Positions 39,217 to 53,676 are shown, numbered from the stretch's first letter. The stretch: 64,000 nucleotides of DNA from the human T2T-CHM13v2.0 reference genome, Homo sapiens (GCF_009914755.1 NC_060925.1), one strand, 5' to 3'. The notes: a model not told the origin generated them from the letters alone. A program made the numbers and translations.

Positions 39217-40119
39217 TCATTTCACCTCAGTTAAAATGGCTTATATCTAAAAGACAGGCAATAACAAATGCTGGTGATGATGTGGAGAAAAGGGAATCCT
39301 TGTACATTGTTGGTGAGAATGTAAATTAGTGAAACGAAAATAGAGAACAGTTTGGAGGTTCCTCAAAAAGCTAAAAATAGAACTATCACATGATCCAGAT
39401 TTGGAAGCAACCTAAGTGTCCATCAACAGATGAATGGATAAAGAAAATGTGGTACTTATACATAATGGAGTACTATTCAGCCATAAAAAAGAATGAGATC
39501 CTGTCATTTGCAACAACAACATGGATGGAACCAAAGGTCATTATGTTAAGTGAAATAAGCCCAGCACAGAAAGATAAACATCACATGTTCTCACTTACAG
39601 GTAAGATCTAAAAATCAAAACAATTGAACTCATGGAGACAGAGAGTAGAAGCATGGTTACCAGAGGCTGGGAAGGGTAGCGGGGGTTGGAGGGAAGTGGG
39701 GATGGTTAATGGGTACAAAAAAAATAGAAAGAATAAATAAGACCTAGTATTTGATAGCACAACAGGGTGACTATAGTCAATAATAATTTTATTGTACATT
39801 TAAAAATAACTAAAATAATATAATTGGATTGCTTGTAACACAAAGGATAAATACTTGAGGAAATGGATAACCCATCTTCTATGATGTGATTATTATGCAT
39901 TGCATGCCTGTATCAAAACATCTCATGTACTTCGTAAATATACACAGCTACTATGTACCCATAAAAATTAAAAATTAAAAGTTAAAAAATAAAAATAGCC
40001 TATTCGGTTTCTAGATTGGAGTACTGGTCCCTAAGGGGCTCAAACTTAAGTTCATTAGGGGGGGCCCATTCTTTAGGACTCCCATGCTACCTTCCCAATT
40101 GTTACATTCACTTAAAAAC

Positions 40120-40241
40120 AATTTTTTAAAACAGGGTCTTGCTATGTTGCCCATGCTAGACTCAAACTCCTGGCGCAAGAGATCATCCTGCCTCAGCCTC
40201 CCAAGTAGCTGGGGTTACAGGCATGCAACCACAGCACCTGG
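40120..40241 (-). mobile_element. Alu monomer (FLAM-like)
   Basis: Single diverged arm. Confidence 0.75.
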
Positions 40242-40397
40242 TGTCACCCTGCTATTTTTATGACCTCTTCCTCCTCTCCAAACTTCATGCAAATCAATTC
40301 ATGCAAATTCCTAGTTGGCCTAATACACTGGTCTTTTAAGTCTAAATACCAGAAATAGGGATATAGCTTAGACTAAAACTAGAAACCTACCTAGAGT

Positions 40398-41863
40398 CAG
40401 TGGTGTGCCAAGGATTGGGTGGTGGGAGTAGTCTGCTCTGAATGAATGCATTAAGGAGGTAAGCTAAGTGTAGAGAATTTGAAAGTAGTAATAAAACTGA
40501 CTGAAGATAGATCTACTTTTTACTATCACCATGCACCAGCAATTTTAAACTATGTCAGTGATAAAATACCCTCTCCTCAAAATGTTTTGTTGGTCTAAGT
40601 TCTAGACAATTGTGCAGTTACACTATGAGTTTTAACAATATATACGTTTCCAATTAGCACATTTTTAATTACTTAAACAACATATTCTACATGGAAGTCT
40701 ATTCAGAGTCAGCCTGTGACACAATCATACTCAGCTGCACATTTGTTTTGAGTAAGTTCATAATGGTTCAGAATTGCTTGAGCTCACTGCAGATGCTGTT
40801 CTTGTCTCTAACCCCTGCATTTAAACAGTAAACTTGGTATAAATAATGATACTAGATTGTAAAGATGAAGAAACAACATGAGTTACTTTAATTCTGTTAT
40901 TTTACATGACTACGTGGAGTTATCTGTGTTTAACAGCTAAAATTTAAAACACAGAAACATTTGAAAGCCACTCAACCCTGAAGAAACAGACATATAATTT
41001 TTAAACTTCATTGTGAGAGGGGATTGCTATGAATCTCTGCCACAAACGTTCTTTTTGTTTAAGACGTCCTATTTGTAGATAGGATACTTCAATTGAAGAA
41101 AACTTTTCAAAATTAAAATTAATAAAAAGTTCTTCCATCAACAGTAAGTGAAGACAGATTGACAAATCTGGCTATACTGTCTATTGAATATGAGTATGTG
41201 AAGATTAACTTTGATGAAGTCATTGACAAATATATAGAAATTAAGGCTCAAAAAAAAGTCATTTGTTACTGCAACAGACCAATATGTAAGTTATGTAAAT
41301 ATAAGTTTCTTTCCCACTTACTTTTTTTTTTTTTTTTTTTGACACAGGGTCTCACTCTGTTGCAGGTGCTGGAGTGCAAGTGGCATGATTTTGGCTAACT
41401 GCAACCTTGACCTCCCAGGCTCAAGGAATTCTCCCACTTCACCCTCCGGAGTAACTGGGACTACAGGTGTGTGCCATTATGCCTGGCTAATTTTTGTATT
41501 TTTTGTAGAGGCAGGGTTCCCAAGGATGGTCTCCAACTTCCGGGCTCACGGGATCCGCCTGCCTCAGCCTTCCAAAGTGCTCAGATTACAGGTGTGAGCC
41601 ACCGCACCCAGCCTTTCTTTCCCATTTAAAAACTAAATTAATTAAAAAGTATTAATTTGTTATTTTTTCATTATTTCGTACTTTAATATTTATTTTTCTC
41701 TTTTGAACAAAAGAAGATTTTCACTGTTTCTGTTTATTTTCTGGCCATTATGATTATTCATTTCATTTTCTGATTTTTATTTTAGATAATCTTGTCATCT
41801 AGAGGAGAAATGTGTTAACAAAATTATCCAATCCTGGTGTCAAACATACTACGTATACCACTA
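40398..41863 (+). mobile_element. hAT DNA transposon remnant (Tip100-group, Arthur1/MER69-like)
   Basis: TIR-like ends CAGTGGTGTGC...GTATACCACTA; degenerate 8-bp TSD CCTAGAGT/CTTATAGT; fossil hATC dimerisation motif at 41086-41257. Confidence 0.75.
41322..41613 (-). mobile_element. Alu (AluJ-like) inside the hAT remnant
   Basis: Diverged dimer; TSD TTTCTTTCCCA. Confidence 0.9.
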
Positions 41864-42206
41864 CTTATAGTAATAACAATTTAATATTTTTACAATGACA
41901 TTTGAAGTGTTCTTATTTCCTGAACAATCTATATCTGAATTCATGGGACTTATTTTTTATATTTCATTCTGAATCATTCACCAATTTTTGTATCTTACAA
42001 ATAAGAATTATCTTTTCTCTCTCAAATAGATTGTAAATTCCTCAAGGTCAGTTCATGTAATAGAAAATCAATAAATAAAAATGTAATAAATATTCCCACT
42101 GCATCTTAACCAAAAACTAAATTTGATTTTGAGAAAGAAAAAGGCTAACCGCTGAAATATATCGATTCCAAATTTAGCTGCTCTTGTACTAAGGCAACTT
42201 CATTCC

Positions 42207-42493
42207 TTTTTTTTTTTTTTTTTGAGACAGCGTTTTGCCCTGTCTCCCAGGCTGGAGTGCGGTGGCATGATCTTGGCTCACTGCAAGCTCTGTCCCCCTG
42301 GCTCAAGCGATTCTCCTCCCTCAGCCTCATAAATAGCTGGGACTACAGGCATGCACAACCACGCTTGGCTAATTTTTGTATTTTTGGTAGTGACGGGGTT
42401 TCACCATCGTCTTGAACTCCGGCCTCAAGTGATCCTCCCGCCTCGGCCTCCCAGGGTGCTGAGATTACAGGCATGCGTCACCACTCATGGCCT
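42207..42493 (-). mobile_element. Alu (AluJ/S-like)
   Basis: Dimer; TSD AGGCAAC(T/C)TCATTCCT. Confidence 0.9.
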
Positions 42494-42729
42494 AGGCAAC
42501 CTCATTCCTAATTGAGAATAATTATTATAACAATGACATGTCTCCCTCTGTAGCAGATGTCTCTGGCACTCATGTTACATATTCACAGGCCATCTCTTGA
42601 TTTCAGCCACATCTGTGTTAGTCCATTCCAGTTCACCTCACATTGCCATTTCCTCCTCCAGTGAGCCTGCATTCTGCCTTAGGGCCCTCTCCAGACATCA
42701 TGGAAGCATGCTCAGCCCATTCGGCAAGC

Positions 42730-43380
42730 ACAGTCCAGAGTGAGAGGAAGAGAGGGGAGGGAGAAAAGTTATAGATCTGAGGTGACAGACGGTATGAATA
42801 GTTCTCTATGAGAGTGGTAGAGTAATATAGTACAATTTCTGAAAAGCATTAATGGCCCACTTGAGACTAGTGGTGATAAATTTAAAGTGAGAGTGGCCAT
42901 ATTGTTATGTTCCTCTCCAGTCACATTTAGCTATGTGAGAATAATGGTAGAGAGTGTAATTTAACTAGTCTTGCCAAAGTGAGAGGAATGCAAGGCAGGT
43001 TGTGTGGCCCTCCACACAATTATAATCATTAACCATAGAGTTTAAAGTAGGTAAGAATGGTGTGAGGTCATAAGTGGAATGAAGGACAAGTAAAAGGTCA
43101 TAGGAGCAATAGGGTCTAAGTCTCAGGTGACTTTGAGAATTATTAAAGTCAGGAGCTTAAAGGGAGTGAGTGGAAAGACAGGAGATGATGGTTAGAGACT
43201 GACATGCATGAAATTGATTAGGGAAATTAGAGAAAGGTTATAGTTTATAGGTAAGACAAGATCTAGGCTGTTAATATGGTAGTGAGTAGCAGAGGTAGGT
43301 GGGAAAAGGGGTCAGGTAATGAAATATGCATAGTCTAATGGAGGTTATATCTGGGGTAAGAGGGGTGACCTGTGAACTGA
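42730..43380 (-). mobile_element. L2-like fragment
   Basis: Purine-rich diverged sequence resembling L2 ORF2 antisense; recognised by eye only. Confidence 0.45.
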
Positions 43381-46157
43381 CTTTTTGTAGTGATTGATAT
43401 AACAGAGATAAATGGCAAGACAAGATTACTCCTGAAGGTCCCAAAGAAGATTTTGATAGTAAAGTAGTAATTAGTGCAAGAGAAAGTCTTGCTAAGCTGA
43501 GAGTTTTGGGCCACACCTTGACTTCTAGTGGAGGCACTGAGGTATAACAAAACTTAGCATTTATTGAATGCTAAGGTGCTATACTCAGAATAAGTATAAG
43601 AAAATCTTGTTGTCAACTTATTGAGGTCTGGCTTCAGTTTCTATCCCTGTCCTAGAAAGGTGCCGGAGAGCCAGATTGGGTCTTCTTGAGAGGGACAAGG
43701 CAGATGGGTGGACTGCCAGAAACTGTTATTTTTTATTTTTTAACTAAGGAAGATTTTTTTTTAAATAATGTTGGGTGGAGTTGTAATTAATATGCTGGAA
43801 TAGGCATTGAGAACAGAGAAATACCCAGGGAACTTAAAAGAGGGGGTCTACAAAAAAGCCCACAAAAGTGCTCTATTAAAGTTAGAGCCACTGATTGTGC
43901 AACTGCCACAAAGAGCACCCTGGAGGCAGATTATAACTGCATCAGTCAAGTGAGATTTTTCTGCCCCTTACCTCCTCCCTCTCCCTTGTTCTAATCCAAA
44001 ATACAGTCTTGTGAATGGGGGAGTAGGAGTGGAAGCACAAAGTGGTGAAGTAAAAAAGAAGTCAATTATGTCACTCTCCCCAACTAAGGCTGTTACATCT
44101 AAAGCAGGCCAAACTGTGTACAGGATAAGTTTAAATTGTATGAGAGTTTGAAGTAGGAGAGTTTGGACTGGACTTTTTTTATTTTAAAAAAGAGACTTCA
44201 TTTGATTAACTGGTAGGTTTTTTGTTTATTTTTTTTGTTTTTTAATTACTAAAAGTGACCAACAAAGCTGTGAAGCTTGCCTGAGATGTCATCCAGGAAT
44301 GGAGATAAAAAAGTTGAGAGAGTAGGCTTGAAGAAATCAGTGAGAAAGAACAAAATTACTTTGTGCTAGTACTGTACCAGGTCCAGCTTGTTCAATGAAA
44401 AGGTTACAATTATAAGGAGAAAAATGGTAAGTGTCACAGGAAAAGAAGAGGAAAAGTTCTAGCAGGGTTGAATGAAAAACAGAATCTAAGAAGTAAACTG
44501 GAAAAAGCACTATTTGAGCAGGACCTGAAAATAACATTGTTTACTTCAGAGGAGGGAAATGGATTGGGAGAGTGGATAGAATTTAAAGGAGAGAAGGAAA
44601 GACTACTAACTTACAAGATTTGTAGGTTTGGGTTTCCTAGAAAACAAATCCTGAGGCAAAGCTGAATTGTTTATGTAAGAGTGAGGGAAAAAGGGAATTG
44701 AGACAGGAAAAAATTGGGAGCAAATTTAATGTGGTTCATTACTAAACTGGCCATTACTTCTCAAAGTTACATAACCAGAAACTTACCCATGCAGGACATC
44801 TTTGGGCAGGTTATAAAGAAACACCATGTGGAGGTGGCTGGTAAGATGGCCAAATAGGAACAGCTCTGGTCTGCAGCTCCCAGCAAGATCAACACAGAAG
44901 GAGTGTGATTTCTGCATTTCCAACTGAGGTACCTGGCTCATCTCACTGAGACTGGTTAGACAGTGGGTGCAGCCCACAGAGGGTAAGCCAAAGCAGGGTG
45001 GGGCGTCGTCTTACCTGGAAAGCACCAGGGGTCGGGGAGCTCTCTCCCCTAGCCAAGGGAAGCCGTGAGGGATTGGGCACTTTGGCCCAGATACTACGAT
45101 TTTTTCACGGTCTTCACAGCCCACAGATCAGAAGATTCCCTCAGGTGCCTACACTACCAGGGCCCTGGGTTTCAAGCACAAAACTGGGCAGCCATTTGGG
45201 CAGACACCGAGCTAGCTGCAGGAATTTTTTTCCATACTCCAGTGGTGCCTGGAACCCCAGCGAGACAGAACCATTTACTCCCCTGGAAAGGGGGCTGAAG
45301 CCAGGGAGCCAAGTGGTCTAGTTCAGTGGATCCCACCCCCACAGAGCCCTGCAAGCTAAGATCCACTGGCTTGAAATTCTTGCTGCCAGCACAGTGGTCT
45401 GAAGTTGACCTGGAATGCTTGAGCTTGGTGGGGGGAGGGACGCCCACCATTACTGAGGATTGAGTAGGTGATTTTCCCCTCACAGTGTAAACAAAGCCAC
45501 TTGGAAGTTTGAACTGGGCAGAGCCCACTGCAGCTCAGTAAAGCCGCTGTAGCCAGACTGCCTCTCTAGATTCCTGCTCTCTGGGCAAGGCCTCTCTGAA
45601 AGAAAGGCAGCAGTCCCAGTCAGGGGCTTATAGATAAAACTCCTATCTCCCTGGAACAGAGCACCTGGGGGAAGGGGTGGCTGTGGGCGCAGCTTCAGCA
45701 GACTTAAACATTCCTGCCTGCTGGCTCTGAAGAGAGCAGAGGATCTCCCAGCACAGCACTCAAGCTTTGCCAAGGGACAGACTGCCTCCTCAAGTGGGTC
45801 CCTGAACCCCGTGCCTCCCGACTGGGAGACACCACATAGTGGGAGTCGACAGACGCCTCATACAGGAGAGCTCCGACTGGCATCTGGCGGGTGCCCCTCT
45901 GACGAAGCTTCCAGAGGAAGGAACAGACAGCAATCTTTGCTGTTCTGGAGGCTCTGCTGGTGATACCCAGGAAAACAGTGTCTGGAGTGGACCTCCAGCA
46001 AACTGCAGCATACCTGCAGCAGAGGGGCCTGACTGTTAGAAGGAAAACTAACAAACAGAAAGGAATAGCATCAACATCAACAAAAATGACATCCACACAA
46101 AAACCCCATCTGAAGGTAACCAACATCAAAGACCAAAGGTAGATAAATCCACGAAAA

Positions 46158-47181
46158 TTGAGGAAAAGCCAGCACAAGAAGGCTGAAAATTCCAAAAACC
46201 AGAATGCGTCTTCTCCTCCAAAGGATCACAACTCCTCGCCAGCAAGGGAACAAAACTGGACAGAGAATGAGTTTGACAAATTGACAGAAGTAGGCTTCAG
46301 AAGGTGGGAAATAACAAACTCCTCCGAGCTAAAGGAGCATGTTCTAATCCAATGCAAGGAAGCTAAGAACCTTGAAAAAAGGTTAGAGGAATTGCTAACT
46401 AGAATAACCAGTTTAGAGAAGAACATAAATGACTTGATGGAGCTGAAAAACACAGCACAAGAATTTTGTGAAGCATACACAAGTATCAATAGCCGAATCA
46501 ATCAAGCAGAAGAAAGGATATCAGAGATTGAAGATCAACTTAATGAAATAAAGCCTGAGGACAAGATTAGAGGAAAAAGAAGGAAAAGGAATGAACAAAC
46601 CTCCAATAAATATGGGACTATGTGGAAAGACCAAACCTACGTTTGATTGGTGTACCTGAAAGTGACGGGAAGAATGGAATCAAGTTGGAAAACACTCTTC
46701 AGGGTATTATCCGGGAGAACTTCCCTAGCCTAGCAAGACAGGCCAACATTCAAATTCAGGAAATAGAGAGAACACCACAAAGATACTCCTTGAGAAGAGC
46801 AACCCCAAGACACATAATCATCAGATTCACCAAGGTTGAAATGAAGGAAAAAATGTTAAGGGCAGCCAGAGAAAAAGCTCGGGTTACCCACAAAGGGAAG
46901 CCCATCAGACTAACAGTGGATCTCTCTGCAGAAACCCTACAACCCAGAGATAGTGGGGGGCAATATTCAACATTCTTAAAGAAAAGAATTTTCAACCCAG
47001 AATTTCATATCCAGCCAAATTAAGCTTCATAAGCAAAGGAGAAATAAAATCCTTTACAGACAAGCAAATGCTGAGAGATTTTATCACCACCAGGCCTGCC
47101 TTACAAGAGCTCCTGAAGGAAGCACTAAATATAGAAAGGAAAAATGGGTACCAACCACTGCAAAAACATACCAAATTGTAA
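46158..47181 (+). pseudogene. L1 ORF1 (disrupted)
   Basis: RKSQHKKAENSKNQNASSPPKDHNSSPAREQNW... then RPNLRLIGVPE...; start codon lost (TTG), frameshifts near 46600 and 46950. Confidence 0.92.
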
Positions 47182-47243
47182 AGACCATTGACAGTATGAA
47201 GAAACTGCATCAACTAATGGCCAAAATACCAGCTAGCATCATA

Positions 47244-48432
47244 ATGACAGGATCAGATTCACACATAACAATATTAACCTTAAATGTAAACAGGCTAAAT
47301 GCCCCAATTAAAAGATACAGACTGGCAAGTTGGATAAAGAGTCAAGACCTATCAGTGTGCTGTATTCAGGAGACCCATCTCACGTGCAAAGACACACATA
47401 GGCTCAAAATAAAGGGATGGAGGAATATTTACAAAGCAAATGGAAAGCAAAAAAAAAAAAAAAAACGGGTTGCAATCCTAGTCTCTGATAAAACAGACTT
47501 TAAACCAACAAAAATCAAAAAAGACAAAGAAGGGCATTACATAATGGTGAAGGGATCAATGCAATAAGAAGAGCTAACTATCCTAAATATATATGCACCC
47601 AATACAGGAGCACCCAGATTCATAAAGCAAGTTCTTAGAGACCTACAAAGAGACTTAGACTCCCACACAATAACAGTGGGAGACTTTAACACCCCACTGT
47701 CAATATTAGACAGATCAACAAGAGAGAAAATTAACAAGGATATTCAGGACTTCAACTCAGCTCTGGACCAGGTGGACCTAATAGACATCTACAGATCTCT
47801 CCACCCCAAATCAACAGAATATACATTCTTCTCAGCACCACATGGCACTTATTCTAAAATTGACCACATAATTGTAAGTAAAAAACTCCTCAGCAAATGC
47901 AAAAGAACAGAAATCATAACAAACAGTCTCTCAGACCAAGTGCAATCAAATTAGAACTCAGAATTAAGAAACTCACTGAAAACTACACAACTACATGGAA
48001 ACTGAATAAACCTGCTCCTGAGTTTATTCAAGACTACTGGGTAAATAATGAAATTAAGGCAGAAATAAATAAGTTCTTTGAAACAAATGAGAACAAAGAC
48101 ACAACGTACCAGAATCTCTGGGACACAGCTAAAGCAGTGTCTAGAGGGAAATGTATAGCACTAAATGCCCACAGGAGGAAGCGGGAAAGATCTAAAATCG
48201 AGACCCTAATATCATAATTAAAAGAACTAGAGAAGCAAGAACAAACAAATTCAAAAGCTAGCAGAAGACAAGAAATAACTAAGATCAGAGCAGAACTGAA
48301 GGAGATAGAGACACGAAAAACCCTTCAAAAAATCAGTGAATCCAGGAGCTGGTTTTTTGAAAAGATTAACAAAATAGCCAGACCACTAGCCAGACTAATA
48401 AAAAAGAAAAGAGAGAAGAATCGAATAGACAC
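47244..48432 (+). pseudogene. L1 ORF2 endonuclease region (disrupted, truncated)
   Basis: MTGSDSHITILTLNVN...CCIQETHL...GDFNTPLS; premature TAA at 47565-47567 and later frameshifts. Confidence 0.92.
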
Positions 48433-48952
48433 ACTGGCCATTGATGCAGCCACTGGGGCAAAGCAAGCAGCTGATGGTCAGGAAGACTAGTGAAGAATCT
48501 GAAGCAATTCATAAAGTGTCCAGGTATACTCCAAAATCTACATCTGTGGTCCAGATATTAGCACTTGGATAGGCCACAGGTGTCTCAATCTCAACATCTC
48601 CCAAAATATTTTTAACCTTTTTTATTATGATGTATTACATACTGACAGAAAAGTAACAAAAAATTCACAGAGGGGGAGGAGATATTTGTAATACATAAAA
48701 CTTAAAAAAGACCCATTCTAGAAGAATATGTAAAAAGCTCCTTCAAATCAATAAACAGTAAACAACCTAGTAGAAAAAAGAGGCAAAAACTTAACATATA
48801 TTTCATAAAAAGAGAAATGCAAATGCCCAATAAATATATGACAACAGCTCTACTTAATTAGTAATATGGAAAATTCACTTTAAGTCACAATAATTCATCT
48901 TGTAGATAGGATAGAGTAGGAAAGATACATGAATATTCTGCTGCAACAACTA

Positions 48953-49298
<346 letters not shown>

Positions 49299-50317
49299 TC
49301 AATACATCAGTGTTCATTTAGATGAATTAAAATTTCAGCAGGAAGAGTTTTTTTGCTAGATAAGCTGGCAATGACTTTTCCTTTCTCATACTGTCTTATT
49401 CTAGGCACAGACTGAGGAATTGCGCTTGGCCTAATAAGAATGATTCCCCTGGGGGAAAGAAACAGAAGAGCATTTGACAACTACATGGGCTGGCATAATG
49501 GATTGGAATTTAAAGGTGCTACAAATGTGCCACCAGTTTATCACATGGGACATTTTCTCACCGAGTGAAGCAGGAAGCTGGTGGGCCTAGGCCAGGAAGG
49601 CAGAGTGAAATTTCATGACGCTTAGAAGACAAAGAGCCTTGCTAAAATTAAGTGAATGGTCCTGCAACAAATACACAACAGGTCTCCCTTCTTAAGAAAT
49701 CCACCAGATTGTGAAACTGCATGGGGAGAGAAGCACGAAAGGATTAAGTTTAAAACTCCAAAGCACAGAAAAATGCTGAGGAGACAGGGACTCACGAGGC
49801 TTTCAATCAGAAGCCTGAAATGGTCACACTTGAGCATGTTGCTGGCTGGAAAGGCAGAGTAAAATGTCTTGTGATTTCATGGTGTTCAAATCTCTGAAGG
49901 ACAGATGACTCTCCATTGGTATTTCAGGCTTTCCCTACAGTAGGCAAGTACTTTGGACCTACCAGTCTTTCAACAAAAAGCTCAGAAGGGTCACCTCTAA
50001 GGAACAGGTATAAATCAGAGGTGAACTAAGTTTCATTAAAACTATACCTCAGCTCCAACCTAGCTCAATTCCAGATTGGATGTGGTGATTTTCACCTTAC
50101 CACATCTAGTTAACAAGGAAAAGTTTGCACCATCTCTGGGGGAAAATAGTATCACCTGTACTTTCTACTATACACAATATATGCATATAGTTAAAATTAT
50201 AACGCATATAGGAGGAAGAAAAAGGATATCAATAATCAAGATAAAAAACAAACAGAGCCAAATCCACCCATGATCTATATGGTGGAATTAGCAGACAAAT
50301 ATTTTAATTTAATTTAA

Positions 50318-50447
50318 TTTTTTTTTTTTTAGAGATGGGGTTTTGCCATGTTGGCCAAGCTGGTCTCAAACTCCTGGCCCCAAGTGACCAGCCTGCCTTG
50401 GCCTCCCAAAGTGTTGGGATTTACAGGAGTGAGCCACCATTCCTGGC
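50318..50447 (-). mobile_element. Alu left-arm fragment
   Basis: Single arm with poly-T. Confidence 0.8.
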
Positions 50448-50856
50448 CCCAAAAAATTAAAAATCACTATTACAAATTTTAAAAAAATAATTGAAGAAGA
50501 GATATAAAAGTAAGTGAAAAAGTAGAGTGAAAATGTCTAGTCAATTAAAATTTATTTAAAAGAATCAAATGAACAATCCAGAAATGAAATAATAAACTAA
50601 TCAAATGGGTTTAAGGACATATTAGAAAGACTAGTGAACACAAAAACAGGTCCAATAAAAATATTCAAACTGAACATAGAAAGAAAGAAAGAATAAGAAA
50701 AACAACAGTAATAAAAGACATGCAGGACAGATTCAAATCGCCTAACATATATATAATTGGAATTTTGAATGCAGAAGAGAAAGAGAATGGGGCTGAAGCA
50801 ATATTTAAAGAAATAATGGCCAAGGATTTTCTTAAATTGATTTAAAAAATGTATCA

Positions 50857-51148
50857 GGCCAGGTGCAGTGGCTCACGCATATAATCCCAGAACTTTTGGA
50901 AGCCAGTGCAGGTGGATTGCTTGAACTCTGGAGTTTGAGACCAGTCTTGGCAACATGGTGAAACCCCATTTCTACTAAAAAATACCAAAAAAAACTAGCT
51001 GGACGTGGTGGTGTGCACCTGTGGTCCCAGATACTCGCAAGGCTGAGGTGGGAGGATTATCTGAGCCCAGGAAGTTAAGGCTGCAGTGAACCATAATTGC
51101 ACCACTGAACCCAGCTTGGACAACAGAGTGAGACCCTGTCTCAAAAAA
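50857..51148 (+). mobile_element. Alu (AluJ-like)
   Basis: Diverged full dimer. Confidence 0.9.
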
Positions 51149-51407
51149 TACATGTATATTAAATAAAATACATATTCAAGAGGTTCAGGATAAATGCAAA
51201 GATTACCATGCCCAGATACAATTTGGTAAAACTTCTGAAATCAGAGATAAAAAACTAAAATATTAAAATCAGCTAGAAAAAAATGAAGCATTATCTTTAA
51301 AAGAGCAACAATGAGATTTCCAACTGACTTTTCAGCAGAAGCAACAAAGAATATGGAATGACATCATTCACTTGCTAAAAGAAAAAAATTCCCAACCTAG
51401 AATTCTA

Positions 51408-51786
<379 letters not shown>

Positions 51787-52235
51787 CTAAGTGAATTTAT
51801 TTCTAGAAAATCCACACAGTAATAAATTCTAGAAGAAGTTCTTTAGGCTGAAGGAAAATGATCCCAGTTGAAGTACAGAGCTGCGGGAGAAATGAAAAAT
51901 AACAGAGTGGTAAATATGTGAGTCAGTATAAAAGTAACCAGATTTTTTAAAAAGCGACAATAATACAGATGGTTCCCAACTTGCAATGGTCCGACTTAAG
52001 AGTTTTCAACTCTACAATGGTGCAAAAGCAATAACATTCAGTAGAAATCATACTTTGAGTACCCATACAACCATTCTGTTTTTCATTTTCAGTATCATAT
52101 TTGGTAAGTTACATGAGATATTCAACACTTTGTTATAAAGTAGGCTTTGTGTTAATTTTGCCCATGTAGGCTAAGGTAAGTGTCCCGAGCATACTGAAGG
52201 TAGGCTACTCTAAGCTATGATGCCAGGTAGATTAG

Positions 52236-52545
<310 letters not shown>

Positions 52546-52555
52546 GATTAAATGC

Positions 52556-52867
52556 TTTTTTAAAAAAAAAAAAATATTGAGACAGGGTCTTGCTCTGTTG
52601 CCCAGGCTGGAGTGCAGTGGCAAGAACAGGACTCACTGCAGCCTCAGCTTCCTAGGCTCAAGTAATCCTCCCGCCTCAGCCTCCTGAGTAACTAGGACCA
52701 CACGTGCATGCTACCACATCTGGCTAATTTTTTTTTTTTTAATTTTTGTAGAGGTGGAGTCTCCCCAGATTTCCCAGGCTGGGTTTTAACTCCTGGACTC
52801 AGGCGATCCTCCCGCCTCAGCCTTCCAAAATACTGGGATTATAGGCGTGAGCCACTGGGTTCGGCCC
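52556..52867 (-). mobile_element. Alu (AluJ-like)
   Basis: Diverged dimer. Confidence 0.88.
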
Positions 52868-53149
52868 TAAATGTATTTTTGACTTATGATATCTTCAATT
52901 TAGAATGGATTTATCTGAACATAACCCCATCATAAGTTGAGGAGCATCTATGGTGTCTTGTGAGGTTTATTCCATATATAGAAATAAAATATATGACAAC
53001 ACTACAAAAGTTTGAAGGGGGATAAAAGGAATTAAACTGTTGTAAGATTTCTCTATTGTTGTAGAAGTACTGATGTATTTTTACCGTATTTACTGCCTTA
53101 TTGATTAGTGAGTATAATGAGTCAAATATAAAGAGGTCTCGAGAGTATT

Positions 53150-53457
53150 GTGTAATCTGATAGCTAGTAGCCACATGTCACTATGGAGCACCTGATGTGA
53201 CTAGCTCAAATTGAGATGCAATGTAAGAATAAAACATCCACCATATTTGGAAGCTGTAGTATGAAAGAATGTAAAATATCTCATAACAATTTTTTATATT
53301 AAATATGTCTTGAAATGATAGTATGTTGGGTACATTTGGTTAAATAAAAACATTATTCAAATTAATGTAACCTCTCTTTTTGCTTTTTTAATGTGACTAC
53401 GACAAAATTTAAAATTACATATATGGCTTGCTTTTATATATCTATTGCACAGCACTG
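53150..53457. mobile_element. MER33-like hAT-Charlie element
   Basis: TAGCCACATG...AAATTTAAAATTACATATATGGCT...CTATTGCACAGCACTG. Confidence 0.7.
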
Positions 53458-53463
53458 CTCTGG

Positions 53464-53676
53464 AGTGGTAATTTTCAACCAGGGTTGATTTTTGCCACCC
53501 CAGGGGACATTTGCCAATGTCTGGAGATTTTTTGGATGTCACAATGGAGAAGGGGTAATGCTGCTACTGGGTAGAGGCCAGAGATGCTGCTAAATATCCT
53601 ACAATGCACGGGACAGCCTCCCACAACAAAAAATATCAGCTCCAAAATGTCAATAGTGGTGAGATGAAGAAACCTT
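53464..53676 (+). mobile_element. MER20 (hAT-Charlie)
   Basis: GATTTTTGCCACCCCAGGGGACATTTGCCAATGTCTGGAGA...GATGCTGCTAAATATCCTACAATGCAC...AAAATGTCAATAGTG. Confidence 0.85.

Larger units (their letters stand above)
44830..48432 (+). mobile_element. Primate L1 (L1PA7/8-like): full 5'UTR, ORF1 and ORF2 endonuclease region, 3' half missing
   Basis: 5' end GAGGTGGCTGGTAAGATGGCCAAATAGGAACAGCTC with YY1 core AAGATGGCC at 44843-44851; ORF1 and ORF2 peptides in the ORF track; homology ends abruptly at ~48432. Confidence 0.93.
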
